Notes: a model not told the origin generated them from the letters alone. Positions 41,815-52,105 are shown, counted from the stretch's first letter. The stretch: 64,000 nucleotides of DNA from an uncultured Chloroflexia bacterium (GCA_963726055.1 CAVSAP010000006.1:1184884-1248883); one strand, 5' to 3'. Numbers and translations are program-made.

Positions 41815-42831
41815 CTACCCGGCCGCTCGGTCGGCCACGAACAGCGTCGCCCCAGACGGCAGGTCGGCGACCGTCGGTGGCGGCACGGCGGCCTCCGCGA
41901 ACATCTTGTCGAAGCCGTCGTGGGTGTACATCCGCGTGCCCTGGAACAGCTCGTCGATCTGGATCCCCCAGAGCAGCTCGGCGTGGAGGTTCTGGGATTC
42001 CTCGAGCGTCGCGGGCAGGCACCACTCGAACACGACGAGGCGGCCGCCTGGTCGAACGGCCCTCCAGGCGGCCCGGAGCGAGGCGACAGGATCTGGCAGT
42101 TCGTGGAGGGCATCCTGCATGTAGACGAGGTCGAACTGCTCCGAGAACGGCATCGTCGGGATCTCGCGGGCCTCGATGCGGATGCGGCTCTCGAGCCCGG
42201 CGTCCGTCACGTGGCGCATCGCCCGGGCGACGGAGTCCGGCTCGAACTCGACACCAACGAGCTCGCTGGCCGGAAAGCGGGTGGCAACCGCGATCAGCCA
42301 CTTCCCGCCGCCGCAGGCGACATCGAGGACGCGGGCGCCCGACGCGAGGCGGGCCGCGAGGTCGGGCAGGACCGCGAGCCCCTCCTGGAAGAACACGGCG
42401 ATGTCCTGGACGGTGACGGCTTCGATCGCGCGGTGGAAGCGCGGCGGGCGCTCATGGATCGGCCGGCCGGTCTTGAAGAAGGCGGCCAGCTCCGCATAGT
42501 CCAGGCTCGAGACGACTGCGGCGACGAACTGTCCGCCGAGATACTCCGGGCGGGACTCGTCCAGCAGCACGGATGACGACGCCTCGTCCATCCGGACCCG
42601 GGTCCCGTCGTGCTCGATGAGCTCGCTGGCGTGGCTTGCCCGGACCCATGCGTCGACCGGTTCGGCGGCGCAGCCGGCGGCCGAAGCGAGTTCGGCCGGG
42701 GTGATGCCCGCGGCTCCGGCCGCGCGAATGAGCTCGAACAGGCCGAGCTGGAGGCCGAGGTAGATCACCCAGCTTCGATAGAAGCCACCGAGACTCTGGG
42801 CGAGATCGTCGAACCTGTCTTCGTGCGGCAT
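41815..42831 (-). CDS. SAM-dependent methyltransferase with N-terminal winged helix
   Basis: LGLF...T..ELA, VLDVACGGG, DALHEL.DP, RPGG. Confidence 0.88.
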   Translation of the reverse strand: MPHEDRFDDLAQSLGGFYRSWVIYLGLQLGLFELIRAAGAAGITPAELASAAGCAAEPVDAWVRASHASELIEHDGTRVRMDEASSSVLLDESRPEYLGGQFVAAVVSSLDYAELAAFFKTGRPIHERPPRFHRAIEAVTVQDIAVFFQEGLAVLPDLAARLASGARVLDVACGGGKWLIAVATRFPASELVGVEFEPDSVARAMRHVTDAGLESRIRIEAREIPTMPFSEQFDLVYMQDALHELPDPVASLRAAWRAVRPGGRLVVFEWCLPATLEESQNLHAELLWGIQIDELFQGTRMYTHDGFDKMFAEAAVPPPTVADLPSGATLFVADRAAG

Positions 42832-42970
42832 CGCCGGCCGATTGTCGCACGGCGTTGCCGGCGAACGCGGGTTCTGAACCTCGCCGGAAACCGAAGCGCC
42901 GCCCCTCTCGGGACGGCGCCTCGGCGGTCAGGGTTGGCGGACCGATCTGGGCGATCGGCACGCCGGGTGG

Positions 42971-43483
42971 TTACCGCGGGAAGTGTCGCCGCGCGGTCGG
43001 GCCGAGGTTTGTATCGTCGGTTCGCGGGGCGTAGCCGAGGTCGGCCTTGGTGCCGTTCTTGAGGGCAGCCATGACCTTTTCGATTTCGCCGCGCGAGCCG
43101 TGGTCGTTCCACGCGGCCGGGATGCCGAGCGATGATGCACCGGCGCCGATCTCGCCGCGCCCGCCGCGATCGAGGTAGGCCGCGGCCGGGACGCCGAGCG
43201 ATGATGCACCGGCGCCGATCTCGCCGCGCCCGCCGCGATCGAGGTAGGCCGCGGGCGCGACACCGAGCGATGATGCACCCGTGCCCATCTCGCCGCGCGA
43301 GCCGCGGTCGAGGAAAGCCGGAGCCGGGACGGGGGCGGCGGGGAAGTCGTTGGCCGGAGCCTCGTTCGTGGAACCGAAGGCGATCACGAGCGAGGCGATG
43401 AGGGCCACCGTCACGACGGCGAGCGCCGCCCAGAACTGGCCTGTGCCCAGGGACTGCTGAGCGGTGCGAGTTGATGCGGACAT
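42971..43483 (-). CDS. Membrane-anchored or secreted small protein with 23-aa tandem repeats
   Basis: AGGAG RBS, one TM helix, repeated DRGGRGEIGAGASSLGVPAAAYL. Confidence 0.7.
   Translation of the reverse strand: MSASTRTAQQSLGTGQFWAALAVVTVALIASLVIAFGSTNEAPANDFPAAPVPAPAFLDRGSRGEMGTGASSLGVAPAAYLDRGGRGEIGAGASSLGVPAAAYLDRGGRGEIGAGASSLGIPAAWNDHGSRGEIEKVMAALKNGTKADLGYAPRTDDTNLGPTARRHFPR
43081..43314. repeat. 69-bp coding tandem repeat (about 3.3 copies)
   Basis: GATGATGCAC recurs at 43131, 43200 and 43269. Confidence 0.9.
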
Positions 43484-43688
43484 CTGGTTCTCCTGTGTCC
43501 GGCCCGGGCCTGATTTGCCAGGTCCCTGTCGGCCGATCTCGATGTCCGCATCCTCGATTTCTGTGATCGCCTTGCCATCGGGCTTATGCCCGACGCGGTC
43601 AGGGCCGGCGCCTCAAAGTCATAAGGAGACGGGCCGACGACTCCTTACGCGCATCGCCCGCGAGCGGCACGGCGATCGGGCACGCGGA

Positions 43689-43717
43689 TGCAACCGAATT
43701 GCGACCGCGTGGTGTTT
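43689..43717 (+). promoter_or_regulatory. Candidate ECF-type promoter of the sigma-ogt operon
   Basis: TGCAACC-N16-GTGTT about 10 nt before the sigma ATG. Confidence 0.5.
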
Positions 43718-43726
43718 CATAGGTCG

Positions 43727-44305
43727 ATGGACGATGCGATCCGCACCGACGATGCCGCCCTTGCCGGCCGACTGGCCGACGATCTCGACGGTACGTTCGA
43801 GGCGCTCGTTCACGCCCATGCCGGCCGGCTCTTCTCGATCGCCCTCCGGGTGATCGGCGACCGGAGCGACGCCGAGGAGGTCGCACAGGACGCGCTCGTC
43901 CGCGCGTACCGGGCGCTCGCTGGCTATGACCCGCAACGGATCCGGGAGATCCGGCTGCGGCCGTGGTTGGCCACGATCGTCCTGAACCTCTGTCGCAATC
44001 GGACCCGTGTCAGGCGGGTGCGTACCGTCGAGCTCGCCTTCGAACCTGCCGCCGAGCCGGCCGTCGATCCGGTCGCCCGGCGGGACGAGAGGGCCGCCTG
44101 GGCATCGCTCCTTGCGACGTTGCCGCCGGCCCAGAGAACAGCCGTCGTGCTCCGTCACGTCGACGGCATGTCGTATGCCCAGATGGCCGAAGCGCTCGGC
44201 CGACCCGAGGGAACACTGAAAGCCCAGGTCCATCGCGGCCTGGGAGCCTTACGTGATGCGTTCGCCGCCGCCGAGCGACGCGAGCGGGAGGAGATGACCG
44301 CATGA
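43727..44305 (+). CDS. ECF sigma-70 factor
   Basis: DAEEVAQDA, WLATIVLN, LP..QR.AVVLRH..GMSY..MAE.L..PEGTLK..VHR. Confidence 0.92.
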   Translation: MDDAIRTDDAALAGRLADDLDGTFEALVHAHAGRLFSIALRVIGDRSDAEEVAQDALVRAYRALAGYDPQRIREIRLRPWLATIVLNLCRNRTRVRRVRTVELAFEPAAEPAVDPVARRDERAAWASLLATLPPAQRTAVVLRHVDGMSYAQMAEALGRPEGTLKAQVHRGLGALRDAFAAAERREREEMTA

Positions 44306-45111
44306 ACCGACCCACGCCGGACCTCGTCGCGATTGAGGCCGCGCTTGCCACACTCGCGGAGCCTGCGCCGCCGAGCCTCGCTCACGGTGCCCTCGTCGCC
44401 GTCGGGCTGGCCGATGACTACGCGCTGATCGAATCGCCGGTCGGGCCGCTCAGGGTTGCCTGGAACGGTCGCGGGGTGTCGGTTGTTGACAGCGATCCGG
44501 ACGACCACGCGTTCGAGGTCCGCTTCCTCGCCCGGACCGGTCGGCGAGCCGAACGGCAGGATGCTCTCCCTCGTGCCCTTGACCAGGCGATCTCGCGACG
44601 ACTCGCCGGTGATCGCCGGGCCCGGATCGAACTGGACCTCCGTGGCAGTTCGGAGTTCGAGCAGGCGGTCTGGCTGAAGGCACTCGAGATCCCCCGCGGC
44701 GAGGTTCGGCCGTACGGCTGGGTCGCGGCCGAGATCGGGCGGCCGAAGGCGGTGCGGGCCGTCGGGACGGCGCTCGGGCACAACCCGGTCCCGCTGATCG
44801 TGCCGTGTCACAGGGTCGTCCGGAGCGATGGAACGATCGGGCAGTATTCGCTCGGCGGGCCGGGCAACAAGCGGACGATCCTGTCCGCCGAAGGTCTCGA
44901 TCCGGACGAGCTCGAACGCCTGGCTCGCGCCCGGGTCCGCTACGTCGGCTCGGACACGACCCGGATCTATTGCCTGCCGACCTGTCACAACGCGAAGCGG
45001 ATCACCCCGGCCCACCGGGTTGAATTCCGCTCGACAGGCGCCTCGGAGTCGGCCGGCTACCGGGCCTGCCGGGAGTGCCGGCCGAGCGCCGCGGCCTACG
45101 TCGCGGCGTAG
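44302..45111 (+). CDS. ogt: Methylated-DNA-protein-cysteine methyltransferase with C-terminal Ada Zn-binding domain
   Basis: IPRGEV..Y, RAVG.A...NP, VPCHRV; C-terminal TT.IYCLPTC...GYRACRECRP. Confidence 0.9.
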   Translation: MNRPTPDLVAIEAALATLAEPAPPSLAHGALVAVGLADDYALIESPVGPLRVAWNGRGVSVVDSDPDDHAFEVRFLARTGRRAERQDALPRALDQAISRRLAGDRRARIELDLRGSSEFEQAVWLKALEIPRGEVRPYGWVAAEIGRPKAVRAVGTALGHNPVPLIVPCHRVVRSDGTIGQYSLGGPGNKRTILSAEGLDPDELERLARARVRYVGSDTTRIYCLPTCHNAKRITPAHRVEFRSTGASESAGYRACRECRPSAAAYVAA

Positions 45112-45118
45112 CACCCAG

Positions 45119-45333
45119 GCGCGGCGCGGCGCGGCGCGGCGCGGTCGGGCGACGTCGCGGCGACGGTGCCGCCAATTACGTGCCAGATACCACCCCGTGT
45201 AGTCATCGTCCGCGGATCGTGCCCGAGTTGTCGCCACCTGCCATCCCGGGTGGTAAACGGCAGCGAGTTGGCCGAAATTCGGACCGCCTGGCAGTCCCGA
45301 ACCGGACGCCTACCACACGGGGTAGTAATTGAC
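45119..45333. repeat. (GCGGC)n tract plus MITE/REP-like element with three 17-bp palindromes
   Basis: TRCCAY-N5-GTRGTM at 45188, 45239 and 45311; imperfect terminal IR CAATTAC..CACCCCGTGT / ACACGGGGTAGTAATTG. Confidence 0.65.
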
Positions 45334-45416
45334 AGGGTGTTGGAGCTCGACCGGCCCCCACCGCCCCGCGCCGCGGCCCCGGACGGACCACCGGAGGACT
45401 CTGTTACACTCGCCGC

Positions 45417-46427
45417 ATGTTGGACCATCCGACTATGCCAACGCGCGCGGTCATGCCGCCCACGAGCTTGATCTGGCTCGGGATCGCCATCCTGTACGTC
45501 GTCTGGGGCTCGACGTACCTGGGCATCCGGATCGCCGTCGAGACCATCCCGCCGTTCCTCCTCGCCGGGGCGAGATTCGGGCTGGCAGGCGTCGTCATCC
45601 TTCTCGTTGCGCTCGTCCGCCGGCGGGGACGGATCCCCTTCCCGACGCGGCGCGAGTTCCTCGACATGACGATCATCGGTGCCGCACTCATGGTCGGCGG
45701 CATGGGCCTCGTCGCCTTCGGCGAGCAGACCATTCCGTCCGGCATCGCGGCTCTCCTCATCGCGATGATGCCGCTGTGGGTCGCGGTCCTGGGCCGGGTC
45801 TTCTTCGGCGAGCGCCTGCCGCGCGTCGCGATCATCGGAGTCGCGATCGGGCTGCTGGGGGTCGGGATCCTCGTCGGGCCATCGGCCTCTCCCGCTGAGA
45901 CCTTCGACCCGGTCGGCATCCTCGCCCTGCTCCTGTCGCCGGTCAGCTGGGCGTGCGGGTCGCTCTACTCCGCTCACCGCGCCCGATTGCCGAAGGACCC
46001 TCTCGTCGCGACGGGCGGCCAGATGCTCGCGGGGGCGGCGATCCTTCTGGTCATGGCCGCGGTCAGTGGCGAGTACGCGGGGTTCAGCATTGAAGCGGTC
46101 TCACCGGAGTCGCTCGCCGCGTTCGTCTACCTGACCGTCGTCGGCAGCCTCATCGCGTTCACCGCCTACGTCTGGCTGCTGAAGGTGGCACCGCTTCCGC
46201 TCATCGCGACATACGCTTACGTCAACCCGATCGTTGCCGTCATCCTCGGCGCGATCATCCTCCAGGAGCCGATCACCCCGCGGACGCTCGTTGCCGGCGC
46301 AGTGATCATCTTCGCGGTGGCCCTGATCATCACGGCTCGTGGCCGGATGATGAGCTCCGCACGAGGGGCGACGTCTCGAGAGCAAGAGCACCGATTGGCA
46401 ATCCAGTCCCCAGACGTCGCCGCGTGA
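45417..46427 (+). CDS. EamA/DMT family transporter
   Basis: YVVWGSTY, PPF..AG.RF, YAYVNP; TACACT 6 nt before ATG. Confidence 0.92.
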   Translation: MLDHPTMPTRAVMPPTSLIWLGIAILYVVWGSTYLGIRIAVETIPPFLLAGARFGLAGVVILLVALVRRRGRIPFPTRREFLDMTIIGAALMVGGMGLVAFGEQTIPSGIAALLIAMMPLWVAVLGRVFFGERLPRVAIIGVAIGLLGVGILVGPSASPAETFDPVGILALLLSPVSWACGSLYSAHRARLPKDPLVATGGQMLAGAAILLVMAAVSGEYAGFSIEAVSPESLAAFVYLTVVGSLIAFTAYVWLLKVAPLPLIATYAYVNPIVAVILGAIILQEPITPRTLVAGAVIIFAVALIITARGRMMSSARGATSREQEHRLAIQSPDVAA

Positions 46428-46466
46428 TCGTCGCCCACCGGTGATCGCCGCTCGGAGGAGCTGGCC

Positions 46467-48496
46467 TCAGGACTCGGCCAGGATCGTCCGGCTCACCCGC
46501 CGGGCGAGGACCATGATCGTGATCATCGGGTTGAAGCCCAGCCCGGTCGGGAAGAGCGACCCGTCCGTCACGTAGAGGCCACCGACCAGCTGCTCGCCGA
46601 GCCCATCGCGCCTCACCCGCCCCCACGGATCGCATGGGTGCGTCCGAAGCTCCTCGCCCATCCGGACGGAGCCCATCTGGTGGGCGGAGAAGACGCTGCC
46701 ACGGTTCGGGCGCAGATCGAACGATGCAAGAGCAGCCTCGAATCGGGCGAACGCGGCCGCTTCCCCGCCCGCTGCGAAGCCGGAACGGCCATGCCAGACC
46801 GGCGGCGTCCCGACTGCAAGGATCTCGGACGCCCCCGCAGCCCGGGCCAGGCGGGCCATCGACACCAATCCGTGGCGGAGGGTCGCGATGCCGCTTGCGT
46901 CGAGTCGGTAGTCGACCCGGACGCGGCCGGACCGCGTGAGCGTGGTGCGTCCCTCGCCTCCGTCGCGAGTGACAGCGACGAACGGCCCGATCCGCCGCGA
47001 CCGGAGCATGACGTCGGCATGAGCATCGGTGCCTTCCCACGGCAGGGCGAGCGCCAGGAGGCCAGGATGTCCGGGGGCCGATTCGATGACGTAGCCGTTG
47101 TTGTCGGCGCCGGGTTCCGCGAACTCGACCGAATGGGCAGCCTGCATCGTGCCGCGCCACATGTCGATCGGCTGAGGGAAGAGCCCGGCGATGATCGGCG
47201 CGGGATGAAGCCGCAGGTGGTGGCCGATCGACGGGTGCTCGAGACCTGACCCCTGAAGGATAGCCGGCGTCCTGAGGGCGCCTGCGGCCAGGGCGACCAC
47301 CGGCGCGCGGACGATGAGGCGCCGCGTCCGGCCGTCTGCGCCAGGCTCGCCGGTCGCCGGATCGGTCCAGGTAGCGTCCCCTTCGACGCCGATCGCCTTT
47401 CCCTCCTCGATCATGACCCGGGCGACCCTGACGCGCGGGACGATCCGGGCCCCGGCGGTTTGGGCGAGCGAGAGGTGGGCGCGAATCCCGGAGCGCTTCG
47501 TTCCTCGCCGGCAGCCGAACGGGCAGCTGCCGCAATCACCGCATTTGGACGCGTTCCGGCGGCTGACCACCCCATGCCATCCGAGGGCGGCCGCGCCGTG
47601 GAGGATGGCCGCGTCCTTCGGCGGGACCACGGTCGCCTCGGCGACGCCAATCTCGCGCTCGATCGCACCGACGTCCCGATCCCAGGCGGCGTCGGTCAGG
47701 CCTTCGATCCCATGGTCGCGGCTCCATTCCTCGCGGACCCAGGCGGGAGCCGGCAGGCACGTCATCCAGTTGATGAGCGTGCCACCCCCGACCGCTGCCC
47801 CGGCAAGCATCGTCACGGAGCCATCCCAGGTGGCCAGGAGCCCGTGGTTCAGGTAGAGCCGGCCGAACGCGTCCAGCTCGTCGGTCGGCATCGACGCCTC
47901 GTCGACGAAGGGTCCCGCCTCGAGCACGACGACGGACCGACCGGCCCGGGCGAGCTCGGCGGCGACCACGCCGCCGCCTGCCCCGGAGCCGACGACGATC
48001 GCGTCCGCCTCGAGTCGCATCGGCTCGTCTGGCGGGCCCTCATCGAACGGCGGCCGAAGCGGTCGGACCAGCGTCCGCTTCCGCGCGACGTCGGGGTCGT
48101 CCGGCCGGTACCCGATCGCACTCAAGCGCGGGTTCGGCGACTCGGCACCCGGGTCCGCATAGGACGAGAAATGTCAGCAGCTTGCGGAGTCCCTGGAAGG
48201 CCGATCGGCGGAGCGCGAACCTGGATGTCGCCCAGGTCAGGAGATAGCGCTCGCGCGTGGCCGGCGACATCGTCCGGAACCGCTTGGGCCTGCCGACGAG
48301 CACGAGATTCGCGAGCGGCGACTGGATCAGCCGGAGGACGAGGCGGAACTGGTCGACCTGTGACGGGATCGGCCGCGCGCTCGAGCGCCTCGATCGTCAG
48401 CCTCGCCCGGCGCAGGGCATCGCCTCGGACGAACGTCTCGGCGACCTCCGCGAGCGTGGCGAGCTCAGCGTCGGTCCAGGGGCGCTGTGACGGCAT
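46467..48496 (-). CDS. GMC family oxidoreductase, long-chain alcohol oxidase-like (+1 frameshifts near 48366 and 48164)
   Basis: VGSGAGGG, VGGGTLINW, C..CG.C..GC, SAHQMGS.RMG, DGSLFPT..G.NP. Confidence 0.88.
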
Positions 48497-49776
48497 CGGG
48501 GGCGATCATAGGCGCCACCACGCGCGCGCGTCCGGTCCGGCCGGCGCCTCACCGGCGACGGCTCAGGCGGCGGCCGCTCCCAGCCCTGGGCCGGCCACGG
48601 CTCGCAGCGAAGCGGCCGGTCCTCGCGATAGCCGAGCGCGTAGTCGGCCTGGATCAGGGTGTGGAGCTGGCTCGTGCCCTCGTAGATGACCGCGGCCTTG
48701 GAGTTCCGCAGGTAACGCTCGACCGGGAACTCGCTTGAGTAGCCGTTCGCTCCGTGGACCTGGATCGCGTCGAGCGCGGCCTGCACGGCGTGCTCGGTCG
48801 CGTGCCACTTGGCGAGCGAGGTCTCGCGCGTGTTGCGGAGTCCCTGGTTCTTGAGCCAGGCAGCCCGCCAGACGAGAAGTCGACCCATCTCAGTCCCGGC
48901 CGCCATCTTCGCGATCATCTGCTTGACCAGCTGGTGATGGCCGATCTCCTCGCCGAACGTCTGGCGCTCGTGGGCGTATTTGACCGATGCGTCCAGGCAC
49001 GCCTGGGCGAGTCCGACCGCCCCCGCGGCGACCGTGAACCGACCCTGGTCGATCGCGCTCATCGCGACGAGAAACCCCTCGCCCTCTTCGCCGATCCGGT
49101 GCTCGACCGGGACGGGCACGTCATCGAGGTTGATCAGCCCGGTGTTGCCGGCCCGGATTCCGAGCTTGCCGTGGAGCGTCCCGGTCGTCAGCCCGGCCAT
49201 GCCACGCTCGAGCATGAAGGCCGTGACGCCCTTGTGCTTCTTCGATCGGTCGACCGACGCGAAGACGAGGAAGTGGTCGGCAACGTCGGCCAGGCTGATC
49301 CAGATCTTCTGGCCGTTGAGTCGGTAGCGTGCCCCGCCCGGCTCCGCGCGGGCCGTCGTGGCGAGGTTGGCGGCATCCGTCCCGACGCCGGGCTCGGTCA
49401 GCCCGAACGTTGCGAGCTTCTCGCCCTTCGCCTGGGGAACGAGCCAGCGCTGGCGCTGCTCCTCGGTGCCCCACTGGAGCAGGGCGAGGCTGTTCAGTCC
49501 GACGTGGACGCTCTGGACGACGCGGAACGCCGTGTCGGCCCGCTCCAGCTCCTCGCACAGGATCGCGAAGCTCACGTAATCCATCCCGGAGCCGCCGTAG
49601 GCCTCGGGGACGGGCGCCCCCAGGAAGCCGAGCTCGCCCATCCTCGAGAACAGCTCGCGCGGGAAGCCGCTGCCCTCGTCCCAGCCGCGGATGTGGGGCA
49701 GGATCTCCGCCTCGGCGAAGGCACGGGCACTCTGCTGGACCAGGCGGTTCTCGTCCGTCAGGGCGAAGTCGACCAT
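48397..49776 (-). CDS. Acyl-CoA dehydrogenase (true stop possibly TGA at 48563)
   Basis: FGLTEPGVGTD, NGQKIWIS, KLGIR, AIQVHGANGY, IYEGTSQ; the read-through tail overlaps the GMC start. Confidence 0.9.
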   Translation of the reverse strand: MVDFALTDENRLVQQSARAFAEAEILPHIRGWDEGSGFPRELFSRMGELGFLGAPVPEAYGGSGMDYVSFAILCEELERADTAFRVVQSVHVGLNSLALLQWGTEEQRQRWLVPQAKGEKLATFGLTEPGVGTDAANLATTARAEPGGARYRLNGQKIWISLADVADHFLVFASVDRSKKHKGVTAFMLERGMAGLTTGTLHGKLGIRAGNTGLINLDDVPVPVEHRIGEEGEGFLVAMSAIDQGRFTVAAGAVGLAQACLDASVKYAHERQTFGEEIGHHQLVKQMIAKMAAGTEMGRLLVWRAAWLKNQGLRNTRETSLAKWHATEHAVQAALDAIQVHGANGYSSEFPVERYLRNSKAAVIYEGTSQLHTLIQADYALGYREDRPLRCEPWPAQGWERPPPEPSPVRRRPDRTRARGGAYDRPRCRHSAPGPTLSSPRSRRSPRRSSEAMPCAGRG

Positions 49777-49825
49777 GCCCGGAATGCTAGCCTCTGAGCG
49801 CCTCCGGCGAACCTATACTCGGGCG

Positions 49826-51125
49826 ATGGAAGAACCGGTCACGGCCGTCGCCGACCTGGCGGCCGCCGCCACTCACCTCACGCCGGTCCTGGGACGCTAC
49901 TTCGAGCGCAGTTGGAGCCATGGCGTCGGTCATCGCCTGTTCGACACGGCCGGCCGCGCCTACCTCGACTTCGCGAACGGGATCGCGGTCACGGCTCTCG
50001 GCCATGCTCACCCGCGGGTGACCGCCGCCATCCACGCGCAGGCAGATCGGCTCATCGGCCCGACCGGCGCGATCGGCTATTCGGAGCCCGTGGTGACGCT
50101 CGCCCGGATGCTCGCCGAGACGCTGCCCGAACCGATCGACACGATCATGTTCCTGAACTCCGGATCGGAAGGCGATCGACGGGGCCCTCAAGCTGGCCCG
50201 GCGGGTGACCGGCCGGCCCGGCATCGTCGCGTTCCGTGGCGGCTTCCACGGTCGGACGTTTGGCGCGACGAGCGTGACGACCTCGAACATCAACTACCGG
50301 ACCGGCTACGAGCCCCTGCTCCCGGCCGTCTACTTCGCCCCGTTCCCGGCGGCCTATCGCGACTTCGATGGCGACGAGGAGCGGGCGACGATCGAGAGCC
50401 TGGAATCGCTCCGATCGTTGTTCACCTCCGTCGTCGCGCCGGCCAGCGTCGCGGCGATCCTGATCGAGCCCGTCCAGGGCGAGGGCGGCTACACGCCCGC
50501 CCCGGCCGCGTTCCTCCAGGGCCTGCGCGCGATCTGCGACGAGCACGGCATCCTGCTGATCGCCGACGAGGTCCAGACCGGCTACGCGAGGACGGGCATG
50601 ATGTGGGGGTTCGAGCACGCGGAAATCGTCCCGGACGTCGTCGTCGTCGCGAAGGCGATCGCCAATGGCCTGCCGCTCTCCGCGATCGCGACGCGGCGGG
50701 AGCTCCAGGAGCGCTGGGGCAAGAGCGCCCACGGGTCGACGTACGGCGGGAATCCCGTCGCCTGTGCAGCCGGCATCGCCGTCCTCGAGACGATCGGCGA
50801 CGAGGGCCTGGTCTTCAACGCCGGTCGGCGGGGCCAGGAGCTGACCCAGGGCCTGCTGCGCCTGATGGCGGAGGACGAGCGCATCGGCGACGTTCGCGGG
50901 CCCGGCCTCATGGTCGGCGTCGAGCTCGTTCGCGATCGGCAGACGAAGGTACCGGACGGCGATCTGGCGACAGACCTCGTGGCGCGCTGCGCGGAGCTCG
51001 GCCTGCTTGTCCTGTCCTGCGGATTGGCCCACCAGGTCGTCCGCTGGATCCCGCCGATCGATGCCACAGCGGCGGAGATCTCGGAGGGCGTCGAGATCTT
51101 CGGTGAGGCCCTACGTACCGTCTGA
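49826..51125 (+). CDS. Class III aminotransferase (4-aminobutyrate aminotransferase-like); +1 frameshift near 50170
   Basis: YLDFANGIAV..LGH, NSGSE, FHGRT, EPVQGEGG, DEVQTG, AKAIANG, TYGGNP. Confidence 0.9.
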
Positions 51126-51251
51126 TGCCGCCGCGAATCTGCGAGCGCTAGCCTCCGGCCGAGGTGCACGCGACGAAGCGCCCGCCAGGAGGGGGGCGGA
51201 CGCTCCGTGATCGAGTGTTCGTGTGAGGGCGCCCTACGCGGGCGCCGGATG

Positions 51252-51446
51252 TCATCGGTTCTGCGAGAGGAACTTCATCACGTCGTCAAGCCGGAAGCGG
51301 CGGTCGCCCCGCTTGCAGACGCGATAGAACGGCAGCTCGCCGCGGTCGCCGAGTCGCTTCACGGTGTTGACGTGGAGATGAAGCATCTCGGCCACTTCGG
51401 TGGCTGTGAGCATCGGTCCGAGTTCGTTGACGGCCATGGACCCCAT
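51252..51446 (-). CDS. Stand-alone MerR-like/excisionase HTH protein (BldC-like)
   Basis: LTATEVAEML.LH.NTVKR...GEL...R...GDRRF; alternative ATG at 51437. Confidence 0.85.
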   Translation of the reverse strand: MGSMAVNELGPMLTATEVAEMLHLHVNTVKRLGDRGELPFYRVCKRGDRRFRLDDVMKFLSQNR

Positions 51447-51682
51447 GTGGCGCTTGCCTCGCTTAGAGCACTTCGCGACGGGTCCGCACCTCTGGGGTGG
51501 CCAGGGGTAGGGTGCGGCTCGCTGATGGGCGGAGCGTAGGGGTCGGGTGCCGGGGTCGCCAAGCCGTACTTTGGGATGATCCTAGTACCAGATCGCCGGT
51601 CCTACGGCCATCTCCGGGTATCCTTCAAACCTGTGACGGCGTGCAGCGGCACGCGAGGGGCCGTCAGAGGAGGGACGCACGA

Positions 51683-52105
51683 ATGCCTGAAAGTGCTCGC
51701 GCTCTTCGCGAAGCATCGGACGAGCTGCTTCGCGATCTCGAGGCCCTCGGGGTCCTGGAGGACGAGAAGCGCCAGATCGCTCCGGGCGATCCACGGATCA
51801 TCGATCTCGCCACCCAGATCGAGCGGATCGCCGGCCGCGTGCTCGTCACGAGCGGCCGCCAGCGCGAGCTCACCGAGGAGATCCATGAGGCCGCTGAGGC
51901 TGGATCCTCGATCCCGGAGAGCTCGATCGACGACACCACCCGGCCAATCTCGACGATCCTGTCCGACTGGCGCGACGCCGAGCGCCGCCTGGAGTCGGCC
52001 CCGGAGGGCACGGCCGAGGCGCTCGAAGCGGAAGTCCTCGTTGAACGTCTCCGAGACGAGTACCGACTGGCACACGAAGCAGCCAGGCGGCAGAACCCAA
52101 CCTGA
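51683..52105 (+). CDS. Hypothetical helical protein
   Basis: GAGGAGG RBS, ATG 51683, good codon bias. Confidence 0.7.
   Translation: MPESARALREASDELLRDLEALGVLEDEKRQIAPGDPRIIDLATQIERIAGRVLVTSGRQRELTEEIHEAAEAGSSIPESSIDDTTRPISTILSDWRDAERRLESAPEGTAEALEAEVLVERLRDEYRLAHEAARRQNPT

Noticed and set aside
40675-42576. 633-aa ORF and the many other long antisense or alternate-frame ORFs
   Set aside because: Arg/Pro-rich shadows of real genes; only the cupredoxin segment (about 41492-41778) of this ORF looks coding.
42863-42874. Second LexA box GAAC-GCGG-GTTC upstream of the methyltransferase
   Set aside because: Non-consensus spacer, part of a hairpin, and a chance match of this 8-bp core is plausible in 64 kb.
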